From the NCBI GenBank assembly GCA_015523605.1, contig WAKC01000043.1, positions 47,339 to 111,338 on the forward strand: a DNA stretch of 64,000 nucleotides, in the 5' to 3' direction. This DNA comes from Candidatus Geothermarchaeota archaeon (GTDB taxonomy: Archaea > Thermoproteota > Nitrososphaeria > Geothermarchaeales > JDFR-13). Positions 19,255-28,256 of this stretch are shown piece after piece. Within the stretch, counting starts at the first letter, position 1; every line of letters begins with the position of its first letter. The notes under the pieces are model-generated. The model did no database searches. It saw only the letters and a program-made list of their open reading frames with translations, and was not told where the DNA came from. A program made the position numbers and the translations under genes.

Positions 19255-19698
19255 CTAGGCAACTAGGAAAATCGAAAAGGCCGCTGACGGTATAAAGCCG
19301 AAGCTACTATCCCTAAACCCTCTATCTAGTACATAATGTATTCCATAGTATGGATCAAAATAATGAAACAAGAATCCATCAAAATCGTTCCAGTATTCAT
19401 ACCAAGTTCCATTGAAGAAATCAACAAATACATATATATCTTCAAAATTTAGATCTATATAAACATAGGCCAGAGCAATATCGCCATTAGGGAATATTGC
19501 AAGTGCTTCAACTTCCCAAACAGATGGACCAGTTTGAATCCATGGATCCACGTTTGTAGCTATTACAGTAAGTGAGGTTCCCCTAGCATCAATAATGTTA
19601 AGAACGAGGTATGGAGAGACAAGGAACGCTTGAGAACCTGTGACCGGAATAAACAGCACTGCCAACGCTAAAGCCGCCAATAAAATTCTCTTAATCAT
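19255..19698 (-). CDS. Hypothetical secreted aromatic-rich protein
   Basis: Signal peptide MIKRILLAALALAVLF...SQA; mature part rich in F/Y/W/D; followed by a U-rich tract. Confidence 0.6.
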   Translation of the reverse strand: MIKRILLAALALAVLFIPVTGSQAFLVSPYLVLNIIDARGTSLTVIATNVDPWIQTGPSVWEVEALAIFPNGDIALAYVYIDLNFEDIYVFVDFFNGTWYEYWNDFDGFLFHYFDPYYGIHYVLDRGFRDSSFGFIPSAAFSIFLVA

Positions 19699-20032
19699 AA
19701 TTATCTAATGTGTTCCATACGTATATAAAGCATTAGTTTTAAATGGCTCTGCTTTTAGATTTATACCGCTAAGAAATTTTGTAAACTATTTCTATTTTTA
19801 ATTTTATAGATAATTTCTTATAAATATTTATGTAAAGCAAAAAAGTTTTTATAGTGGAAGTAACACTGAAGTGTACTAGACAATTAATATATCTTTTTCC
19901 TTTAGGTGAAAACAGACTAAATAATCATAATTATATTTATACTTTAATATTCTTATCAAATTTTTATAATTTAATTATTATATTCTTTGAGAGAATAGCT
20001 GGTAATATAGGATAAAACCAAAAAGCTTATTT

Positions 20033-21022
20033 TTATATGTCTATCTTTACATGACTGATATTGTCGTTATCAATTCTAACCTTTATTATGGTCTTAACTT
20101 CTTTACCCGTTGTCTTAAGCACATTTTCTTTTCCTCCGTAGTCTGGTTTTTCGAGAATACACACGACGTCCTTTACATTCACGCCATTATCTTCTAAAGC
20201 TTTAATTATTGGAATTAATGTGCCTCCTGTAGATATCGCGTCATCTATTATTATTACATTCTCACCCCTCTCTACTCCGTATATATAGTACTTTCCAGAC
20301 TCGTATCCGGATGCATATTCTACAACCGATAGAAGTCCTTTATCGGTAAACCATCTTTTCCTTATTATTGCTAGAGGTTTCTTTTTGAGGTTTGCGACTA
20401 GTGTTGCTATAGGAATTCCTAGGGCTTCTGGTACTACCACTTTGTCTATGTCGTCAGGGGTTATTTCATGGACTTTTCTGGCGATCCAGCTAACTACCTC
20501 TGGACTTGGAGGTGGGATATTATCTGTTATGGGGTTGATGATGTAGTTGTAATGGCTTCTATTATCGTCTTTTACCCATTCTCTCTTCTCTATCCATGCG
20601 TTCTCAAAGTATCTAACTAGTTCCTCGATAATTTCTTTTTCAAATTTCTCATATACCCCCTTAGATTCCTCTAAAACCCTGAAGAAGCATGTCTTGTTTC
20701 CAGTGTGGCATGCCGGCCCATAGGGAATTACTAGGTATATCAGGGTGTCGGTATCACAGTCCACAAGTATATTTATAACTCTCAACCTATTTCCAGAGGT
20801 CTCCCCCTTAAGCCATAGCTTCTTCCTCGACCTACTCCAGAAATGGGCATACCCTGTTTCCACTGTTTTCTCCAGTGCTTCTTTATTGGCATATGCAGCC
20901 ATAAGCACTTCCCCAGTTATATAATCCTGTACTATAACTGGGGTTAATCCCCCTCCTTTATCAAAATCTATGTCTTCGATTCTTATTCCTCTCTCCATCT
21001 TAGTCTCATCTCCAGAAGTCAA
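20033..21022 (-). CDS. hisI: Phosphoribosyl-AMP cyclohydrolase (HisI) fused to a type I purine phosphoribosyltransferase domain (archaeal Hpt/Apt-like)
   Basis: N-half FWSRSR..LW.KGETSG, DCD.D, ACHTG..TCF; C-half [27 protein letters not shown]. Alternative start at 20998. Confidence 0.88.
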   Translation of the reverse strand: MTSGDETKMERGIRIEDIDFDKGGGLTPVIVQDYITGEVLMAAYANKEALEKTVETGYAHFWSRSRKKLWLKGETSGNRLRVINILVDCDTDTLIYLVIPYGPACHTGNKTCFFRVLEESKGVYEKFEKEIIEELVRYFENAWIEKREWVKDDNRSHYNYIINPITDNIPPPSPEVVSWIARKVHEITPDDIDKVVVPEALGIPIATLVANLKKKPLAIIRKRWFTDKGLLSVVEYASGYESGKYYIYGVERGENVIIIDDAISTGGTLIPIIKALEDNGVNVKDVVCILEKPDYGGKENVLKTTGKEVKTIIKVRIDNDNISHVKIDI

Positions 21023-21238
21023 TCTAGACCGTCCAAAACATTTTTATATAAGTAGGTATGTATGATTTAAATGTTTACACTCCGAGGTGTTAGAGGTGTA
21101 TCTGGGTGGTTTAGTTCATATCGACCTATAGGTTAGCTGTAACAGAGTCTATCTACTCTCCTGCATATCCTGAGGCTCCTAGGACGGCGATACAGGGTAT
21201 CCTCTATACAGTCCTGTTTATAAGGAGAGGTGATTACA

Positions 21239-22192
21239 GTGGCTAGAGTTAGATTTGCTATTCCGAAGGGTTCTCTTGAAGATGCTACCATACGCTTTTT
21301 AATGGATGCTGGCTATGAATTGGCTGGTTTTGACAGGTCATACAGGCCGAAGATCAATGATCCAGATATTGATTTGAAGGTTCTACGCCCTCAGGAGATC
21401 CCATATCTTATTGAGAGTGGGAATCACGATATTGGAATAACGGGTATCGACTGGATTTTGGAGAGTCGTGCGGATGTTGAAGTCCTTTTAAATCTGGAGT
21501 ATGGATGGGTAAGACTAGTCCTAGCAGTCCCAAAGAGTTTTAACGATGTCAACTCATTTGAGGATCTATTGAAGATGAAGTATGAGTCTAGAGAGCCGTT
21601 GAGGATATCGACGGAATATCCAAATATAGCTGTACAATATATTATGGAGAACAGTCTCTATAGACAGTTATATGGAGAATCTTCTCCAGAAGTTATAACT
21701 CCTTGGTGGGTAAAGGGAGAGAATAGCAAGGTAAAGATCTTCTTATCCTTCGGAGCCACTGAGGCCAAACCCCCCGAGGATGCCGATGCAATCATAGATG
21801 TGACTTCCACTGGTACGACTCTAGAGAGGAATAACTTGAAGGTGATAGATTCGATAATGGAATCTACAGCGGTTTTGATAGCGAATAAGGATGCTTTAGA
21901 GAGTGATAAGAGGGAGAAGATTTATGATATAAAGGCTTTGTTGGAGGGAGTTATCAATGCTAGACGTAGAGTACACATCTTCGTCAATGTCAAGGAGGAG
22001 AATCTCGATGAGCTTCTCAAGCTATTGTCAGGATTGAGGTCTCCCACCGTCTCGCCCTTAGCGGAGGAGGGTTGGTACTCAGTAAATACGGTAGTTACAA
22101 AGGAGGATTTCCTGAGGATTATGCCTGAGATCCGTAGGTTAGCTCAGGGACTAGTTGTATACAGGCCTAAGCAGATATTGATGCTAGACTAG
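21239..22192 (+). CDS. hisG: ATP phosphoribosyltransferase, long form
   Basis: AIPKGSL, RPQEIP, DIGITG.D, GATE, TGTTL..N.L, C-terminal SPTVSPL regulatory domain; GTG start after AGGAGAGGTGA. Confidence 0.94.
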   Translation: MARVRFAIPKGSLEDATIRFLMDAGYELAGFDRSYRPKINDPDIDLKVLRPQEIPYLIESGNHDIGITGIDWILESRADVEVLLNLEYGWVRLVLAVPKSFNDVNSFEDLLKMKYESREPLRISTEYPNIAVQYIMENSLYRQLYGESSPEVITPWWVKGENSKVKIFLSFGATEAKPPEDADAIIDVTSTGTTLERNNLKVIDSIMESTAVLIANKDALESDKREKIYDIKALLEGVINARRRVHIFVNVKEENLDELLKLLSGLRSPTVSPLAEEGWYSVNTVVTKEDFLRIMPEIRRLAQGLVVYRPKQILMLD

Positions 22193-22202
22193 GGTGTGAT
22201 TT

Positions 22203-23492
22203 ATGAGGATTTACCAATTGGTCGATCCACGCCAATTAGCCATCGAATTACGTAAATCTACAGAGATAATTAAGAGATATGATGAAGCCATTAAATCTAT
22301 TGAGAAGATAGTAAATGATGTAAGGCTACATGGGGATGATGCTCTTTTCAGATATACATATGAATTTGATGGGGTCGATCTTAGAGATAAAGGCCTCCGT
22401 GTAACTCGGGAAGATATTGAGGAAGCATATAACAGGGTTACAAATAGATTTATTAGTTCTGTCGAGGCTTGTATAGAACGTATAGAGGAGGTAGAAAGAT
22501 CTCTCTTGATGAAGGTCAAGGATAGAGTCGATTTCGATGATGGTTCATATATAGTCCAGACCGTTAAACCGATTGAGAGAGTCGGATGTTATATCCCACG
22601 TGGTTCAAAAGGCTATCCTAGCACAGTTATGATGACATGTGTCCCAGCCATTGTAGCGGGGGTTAAGAAAATTTCAATAGTCAGTCCTCCACTAGAAGAT
22701 GGATCAATAAGTCCATATGCTTTAGTAACTGCTGATATCCTAGGTATTAAAGAAATCTTCCGTGTTGGAGGCCCACAAGGTATAGCAGCATTGGCCTTTG
22801 GGACTGAGACGATTCCTAAGGTAGATAAAATTGTGGGGCCAGGTAATTTATATGTCTCAATAGCCAAAGCCATTGTATCTAGGTATGTCTCGATAGACTT
22901 TTTTGCGGGTCCAAGCGAAGCTCTAATATTTATCGAGGATGTAAAGAACATCAGAAGGGTACTTTACGATGTAATATCTCAGATGGAGCATGGACCAGCT
23001 AGTGTGGTAGGGGTTGTAACTACCTCGAAAGATGTTGTCGATAAATTGATTGATGGACTTCCAAAATTACTGGATTTATATCCAATGATTAGAGGGTCAT
23101 TGGAAAATATGTTTATAATGGTTGGGGATCTGGATAAATGTATCGAATTTATAAATGAATTTGCCCCTGAACATCTCAGAATATACTCGAATAACTATGA
23201 AAAAATGATGAATTTGATAGAGAATGCTGGCGTAATTTTGGCCGGTGAGTATTCTCCAATACCCTTCAGCGACTACTGTATGGGGACAAACCATGTATTA
23301 CCTACACTGGGTTGGGCAAAAAGTGTTTCTGGTCTTTCTGTATTAGACTTTATCAAGGTAGTTAGGATTGGAGTCGGTTCAGCAGAGAGTCTCGATAGAT
23401 ATGGTCGTTATGCTCTCGAGATTGCAAGGGCCGAGGAATTTAACCTCCATGCTGATACATTGGAGGTGTTTATTGATGACAGAGAAGTCTAG
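22203..23492 (+). CDS. hisD: Histidinol dehydrogenase
   Basis: GCYIP.G, GGPQG, IVGPGN, AGPSE, APEHL, DY..G.NHVLPT. Confidence 0.93.
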   Translation: MRIYQLVDPRQLAIELRKSTEIIKRYDEAIKSIEKIVNDVRLHGDDALFRYTYEFDGVDLRDKGLRVTREDIEEAYNRVTNRFISSVEACIERIEEVERSLLMKVKDRVDFDDGSYIVQTVKPIERVGCYIPRGSKGYPSTVMMTCVPAIVAGVKKISIVSPPLEDGSISPYALVTADILGIKEIFRVGGPQGIAALAFGTETIPKVDKIVGPGNLYVSIAKAIVSRYVSIDFFAGPSEALIFIEDVKNIRRVLYDVISQMEHGPASVVGVVTTSKDVVDKLIDGLPKLLDLYPMIRGSLENMFIMVGDLDKCIEFINEFAPEHLRIYSNNYEKMMNLIENAGVILAGEYSPIPFSDYCMGTNHVLPTLGWAKSVSGLSVLDFIKVVRIGVGSAESLDRYGRYALEIARAEEFNLHADTLEVFIDDREV

Positions 23493-24558
23493 GTTATCTA
23501 TTCAAGATCCTAACCTGTTCGATTACGAGGTCAAGTCTTATCCACAGGGATATGTTAGACTAGATAGGAATGAGAACATAGTTATACCTAATGAATTGGT
23601 TAGGAAGCTAGTTGAATCTGCATTTGAAGATCTAGATATAAGGGTTTATCCAGATGAGAACATTGTTGATTATATATCCCAATGGGAGAATGTCTCTCCA
23701 AGTCAGATTGTGGTTGGTAATGGTGCTGACGATATACTCTATAAGCTTTCACTTGCTATATATAGGGATGGGGGTAAAGCTATTTTAAACGTCCCAACTT
23801 ACTCGATGTATAGATGGTTTTTAGAGAGGGTCTCTGCAGAGATAAGTGAGGTATTATTGAAGCCTGATTTTTCCCTCGATTTCGAGAGTATCCATAAAAA
23901 CTATGATAGAAATGTTAAAGCCATCTACATATGTAGCCCTAATAATCCTACAGGAAATCCATTTAACAAATTCTCTATAAAGAGGCTCTTGGATGAATTT
24001 GATTCTATCATCATATTAGATGAGACATACTCCTTCTTCTCTAGAGAAAGGGCTGTGGAACTACTGAGAGAGGGGTATGAGAATCTAGTTATAATTAGAA
24101 GCTTCTCTAAAATCGGGTTTGCAGGTATCCGATTTGGATATGCATTGGCCAGTGAGAATTTAGCATCTACTATCCATAGATTCCAACCTCCATATTCAGT
24201 AAATTCTATGACACTAGCTATTGTAAAAGAGGTTATCAAGAACTTCGATCTAATCGAGAATGTTATAAAAGAGGTGGTGAATGAAAGGGATAGGATGTAT
24301 AGGAGATTGAAGAGGTTTAGAGAGCTTATAGTCTATCCCTCAGAGGCCAACTTCCTTTTAATTAGGGTTTTAGAGGGAAGTTTTAGAGGACTACTGGATT
24401 TTCTACTTTCCCGGGGAATTGTTGTTAGGGATGTGAGTAACATGCCTCTATTGAAAAATTGCTTTAGACTGTCTATAGGTACGATGGAGACTAATGATAA
24501 CGTATTGGAATCTATAAAGGCTTTTTATGAGGAATTTGGAGGTGTTTATAATGGGTAG
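23476..24558 (+). CDS. hisC: Histidinol-phosphate aminotransferase
   Basis: LDRNEN, GNGAD, SPNNPTG, DE.Y, RSFSK..FAG.RFGY; start moved to the ATG at 23476 after GGAGGTG. Confidence 0.9.
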   Translation: MTEKSRLSIQDPNLFDYEVKSYPQGYVRLDRNENIVIPNELVRKLVESAFEDLDIRVYPDENIVDYISQWENVSPSQIVVGNGADDILYKLSLAIYRDGGKAILNVPTYSMYRWFLERVSAEISEVLLKPDFSLDFESIHKNYDRNVKAIYICSPNNPTGNPFNKFSIKRLLDEFDSIIILDETYSFFSRERAVELLREGYENLVIIRSFSKIGFAGIRFGYALASENLASTIHRFQPPYSVNSMTLAIVKEVIKNFDLIENVIKEVVNERDRMYRRLKRFRELIVYPSEANFLLIRVLEGSFRGLLDFLLSRGIVVRDVSNMPLLKNCFRLSIGTMETNDNVLESIKAFYEEFGGVYNG

Positions 24559-25090
24559 GAAAGCCCATGTACATAGGGTTACGGATGAAACCGATATATA
24601 TGTTGAGGTCGATATAGATGGTGCTGGGAATGTGGAGATTGACACTCCATTGAAGTTCCTAAATCATATGTTATATACTTTTGGTAGATATGCATCTCTA
24701 GATTTGAAGGTTTATGCTAGAGGAGATTTAAATCATCATATTGTTGAGGATACTGGGATAACCCTGGGTATGGCGTTGGACAAGGCCTTGGGTGAAAGAA
24801 CTGGAATTAAAAGATTTGGTTCTGCAATAGTCCCCATGGATGATGCACTTGTTATTGTGTCTCTTGATTTGAAGAGGAGGATCTACTACACTATAAACTT
24901 GGGTCTTGAGGGTTATATTGAAGATGTATATTCAGGAGACCTTATACATTTCCTTAGGTCGTTGGCCTCAAACACGGTTATGACCCTCCATGTCCATGAA
25001 TTGGCTGGATTTGACGGGCATCATAAGATAGAGGCGGTTTTCAAGGGTCTGGGTATGGCGTTTAGGGAGGCCAGTAGGTTGGTAGTATGA
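24551..25090 (+). CDS. hisB: Imidazoleglycerol-phosphate dehydratase
   Basis: R.T.ET, FLNHML, HHIVED, PMDD, HH.IEA.FK; start at ATG 24551. Confidence 0.93.
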   Translation: MGRKAHVHRVTDETDIYVEVDIDGAGNVEIDTPLKFLNHMLYTFGRYASLDLKVYARGDLNHHIVEDTGITLGMALDKALGERTGIKRFGSAIVPMDDALVIVSLDLKRRIYYTINLGLEGYIEDVYSGDLIHFLRSLASNTVMTLHVHELAGFDGHHKIEAVFKGLGMAFREASRLVV

Positions 25091-25701
25091 AGGGAGCTAT
25101 ACTAAATTATGGTGTAGGTAACCTATTCAGTGTTAAAAAAGGTTTTGAAGCACACTCCAATACAAGAGTTTCTATTATAGATATGGAGAATCTAAATAAA
25201 TCTTTCTTGAGGAGTGTAGACTTCCTTGTTTTTCCTGGTGTTGGGCATTTTACAGCCGCCTCTAAGAAGCTTTTACCAATGAAGAATTTAATCATGGAGG
25301 CTGTAGATGAAGGCTTAAGCATATTTGGGATATGCCTTGGACTCCAGTTATTAGGTTTCTCAAGTATGGAGGGTGCTGGGAGAGGCTTAGGTGTATTTAA
25401 AGGGCATTCCGTGAGGTTCCCAGACGGTGTTAAAATCCCTCACATGGGTTGGAACAAAGTGGAGTACCTGAGGCCTAGTAAGCTATTTGAGGGTATAGAC
25501 TCACCATACTTCTACTTTGCCCATTCATACTATCTAAGTCTAGACGACTCTAGATATGTCTTGGGAGTGACGCATCATGGGGTGTCCTTTCCATCCGTCG
25601 TGGGCAAAGAACTGGTTGTAGGAGTTCAGTTTCATCCTGAAAAATCTGGTGATTCTGGGTTGAGACTTATAAAAAACTATCTGGAGATGATTAAGGGATG
25701 A
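25087..25701 (+). CDS. hisH: Imidazole glycerol phosphate synthase, glutaminase subunit
   Basis: YGVGNL, PGVG, GICLG.Q, PHMGWN, QFHPEKS. Confidence 0.95.
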   Translation: MKGAILNYGVGNLFSVKKGFEAHSNTRVSIIDMENLNKSFLRSVDFLVFPGVGHFTAASKKLLPMKNLIMEAVDEGLSIFGICLGLQLLGFSSMEGAGRGLGVFKGHSVRFPDGVKIPHMGWNKVEYLRPSKLFEGIDSPYFYFAHSYYLSLDDSRYVLGVTHHGVSFPSVVGKELVVGVQFHPEKSGDSGLRLIKNYLEMIKG

Positions 25702-26423
25702 TCGTCATTCCCGCGATAGATCTTATGGATGGAGGGGTTGTCAGGCTTGTCGAGGGTGACCCCAACTCTAAAATCAGTTTTCACTCATTTAGAGATCCCT
25801 ACTTGACACTGGAGTATTTCCTTTCATATGGGGTTGAATTGGTTCATGTAGTAGACCTTGATGCCGCCTTAGGAAATGGAGATAACATAGCTGTTGTTAG
25901 GAATATCGTTCGGGAGTATGATGTTAATATTCAGTATGGTGGTGGGATAAGGAGTATTGACATTGCGAAGAAGTTGTTGGATATGGGTGTATATAGGGTT
26001 ATATTGGGTACATTGGCATTGGAATCGGCTGATTCAGTGGCTAAACTAATATCGGAATACGGGTTTGAACGGGTGATGGTCGCCCTAGATTATGGATTGG
26101 ATGGATATATTCGATATAAGGGTTGGAGGGAGAAATCGGATATAAAACTGTATGATGGTTTAAAGTTTTTCAAAGAGTTGGGATGTAGAAATTTCCTTCT
26201 TACTTGTGTAGAGAGAGATGGAACATTGAAAGGAGTGGATAGGGAATACATTCCAAGGGTGGTTGATGAAGCACACATCTATGTAGCTGGCGGAGTATCG
26301 ACTCTAGAGGATATCAAGTTTTTAATGAATGTAGGGGTCACGGGAGTGGTCATAGGTAGAGCATTGTACGAAGGTAAACTAGACCTTAATACCGTCTTGG
26401 AGTTGGTGGGGAATGCTCGTTAA
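25698..26423 (+). CDS. hisA: ProFAR isomerase
   Basis: IPAIDL..G.VVRL, HVVDLD.A, GGGIRS, DGTL.G. Confidence 0.94.
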   Translation: MIVIPAIDLMDGGVVRLVEGDPNSKISFHSFRDPYLTLEYFLSYGVELVHVVDLDAALGNGDNIAVVRNIVREYDVNIQYGGGIRSIDIAKKLLDMGVYRVILGTLALESADSVAKLISEYGFERVMVALDYGLDGYIRYKGWREKSDIKLYDGLKFFKELGCRNFLLTCVERDGTLKGVDREYIPRVVDEAHIYVAGGVSTLEDIKFLMNVGVTGVVIGRALYEGKLDLNTVLELVGNAR

Positions 26424-27180
26424 AAGGATTATCCCCTGTCTAGATGTATATAAAGGACGGGTTGTTAAAGGGATAAAGTTTAGAAATTTAAGGGATGCAG
26501 GGGATCCGGCTATTCTAGGATCAGTATATTCTGAGGAGGGTGCAGATGAGTTAGTATATCTTGATATTACAGCCTCCTCTGAAGATAGGTCTGTAATCGT
26601 GGATGTAGTTCGAAAGGTTGCGAAAAGCATTGATATCCCCTTTACTGTAGGGGGTGGGATAAACTCGGTGGAGACGGCTACCCAAGTCTTGACCAATGGT
26701 GCGGATAAGATCTCGATAAATACAGCGGCTGTAAAGAGTCCTGGTTTGATAACGGATTTAAGGGATATATTCGGTAGTAACTGTGTGGTTGTAGCTATAG
26801 ATGCTAAGAGGAACCTCGGTGTAACTCCTTCTAATTACGAGGTTTACATATATGGAGGTTCTGTGCCAACTGGTTTAGATGTGGTTGAATGGGCTAAGAA
26901 AGTGGTTGAGTATGGAGCTGGAGAGATACTTCTAACCTCTATTGACCATGATGGCACAAAGAAAGGATTCGACCTCGAATTAACCAAGATGGTTTCTGAG
27001 GCGGTAAACGTACCGGTAATCGCAAGCGGTGGAGCTGGGAATATAAAACATTTTATAGAGTTATTTAAAAAGACGGATGCAGATGCAGGTTTAGCTGCAA
27101 GTATCTTCCATTTTGGAGAAGTTTCCATACGTAATTTGAAAGAAGAGTTGAGAAGAAACGGTATACCGGTGAGACTATAG
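26413..27180 (+). CDS. hisF: Imidazole glycerol phosphate synthase, cyclase subunit
   Basis: KRIIPCLDV..GRVVKG, GADEL..LDI, DGTK.GFD, ASGGAG. Confidence 0.96.
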   Translation: MLVKRIIPCLDVYKGRVVKGIKFRNLRDAGDPAILGSVYSEEGADELVYLDITASSEDRSVIVDVVRKVAKSIDIPFTVGGGINSVETATQVLTNGADKISINTAAVKSPGLITDLRDIFGSNCVVVAIDAKRNLGVTPSNYEVYIYGGSVPTGLDVVEWAKKVVEYGAGEILLTSIDHDGTKKGFDLELTKMVSEAVNVPVIASGGAGNIKHFIELFKKTDADAGLAASIFHFGEVSIRNLKEELRRNGIPVRL

Positions 27181-27266
27181 TTGTAGAGGTCCAATTTACA
27201 ATTTATATCCATATCCTAATCGTTTTACTTAGATATGGAATTTCCATTAAATTGAATCATATAATC

Positions 27267-27920
27267 TTATTTGACCTCAACGATCTTTTTACCTAATTTC
27301 TTTGCTGTGGATGAAATTTTAAATCTAATTCTACGTGTAAACGGTATTTTATTAGGTATGTCTCTGACTCTCCTACCAGTCAATACTGAATACAATTCTA
27401 TATCGGAGTAGTCTATAGGTCTCCAGTCATTAGGCTTTCTTGCTTTTAAGAAGACACCTGGCGCCTCCCAATCACTACATAAACTCTGTATTTCGAAGTC
27501 GGAAAAGATTTTTTTCATATCCTCAATCTCATATCTCCAATAGTCATGTGGATATCCATGATATTTGAAGCCTCTAGACCTAGTTGTGATATAAAGATAT
27601 CCACCAGGCCTTAGGAGCATTTTCATATTATTTATGGCTTTTCTCCAGTCTCGAATATGCTCTAGAGTCTCGGTTGAAATTATAACATCAAAGGAGTTCT
27701 CACCAAAATAGTCCAATGCATCCTCTACGGGGAGTACGATATCAACATATTTTCCTGGCTCTATATCAACGCCGACGTATCTCTTGGGATTACAGAACTT
27801 CTCGACAATTGGTCTTATACTTCCATTTACGTAACGACTGCCGACTTCTAAAACTTCCTTGCCATCAAATTCTCTTCTATCCAAGTTTTCTATGAACCAC
27901 ATTAATATGGAAACATGCAT
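27267..27920 (-). CDS. Class I SAM-dependent methyltransferase (type often found in glycan loci)
   Basis: VLEVGS, YVGVD, FDVIIS.E.LEH, LRPGG, H..PHDYWRY. Confidence 0.8.
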   Translation of the reverse strand: MHVSILMWFIENLDRREFDGKEVLEVGSRYVNGSIRPIVEKFCNPKRYVGVDIEPGKYVDIVLPVEDALDYFGENSFDVIISTETLEHIRDWRKAINNMKMLLRPGGYLYITTRSRGFKYHGYPHDYWRYEIEDMKKIFSDFEIQSLCSDWEAPGVFLKARKPNDWRPIDYSDIELYSVLTGRRVRDIPNKIPFTRRIRFKISSTAKKLGKKIVEVK

Positions 27921-28080
27921 TGGAAATCCATCCTCCCAACAGGTAAGGGTCTTGAAAGAAATTTTATCACACGATTAACTGATTTAGTAAATGTAAAGTG
28001 TCTCAGGTTTAACACGAAAATATTGTCCATATAGTTTAAGGTATTCATTAAGCTGTAATAAATATTTTCCAAAAAATAAA

Positions 28081-28134
28081 GGTCAGTCAAATGCCTTTTC
28101 GTCACCCCTCAGATACGGAGGTATTCATCATCCC
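28081..28134 (-). ncRNA. Box C/D guide sRNA (2'-O-methylation guide)
   Basis: Minus strand reads GGG-ATGATGA(C)-ATACCTCCGTAT-CTGA(D')-GGG-GTGACGA(C')-AAAGGCATTTGA-CTGA(D)-CC: canonical boxes, two 12-nt guides, GG/CC terminal pair, intergenic location. Confidence 0.9.
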
Positions 28135-28256
28135 AATATTTAATAATGTTTAAAATCATTATTATTCGGTATCCATTTTCATTTAGAAGACGATTCATAC
28201 CTCCATCGGTGGTTATGAGTATATTAATAGAATATTGAGGTGCTATATTAGTATTA

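Noticed and set aside
21071-21136. Short ORF MFTLRGVRGVSGWFSSYRPIG upstream of hisG as an attenuator leader peptide
   Set aside because: It contains no His codons, and no terminator hairpin with a U-tract follows.
23368-23475. N-terminal extensions given by the ORF track for hisC, and similarly for hisB, ttuA, moaE, metF and subunit II
   Set aside because: They overlap neighbouring genes or promoters; downstream ATGs fit the family N-termini better, several with a clear RBS.
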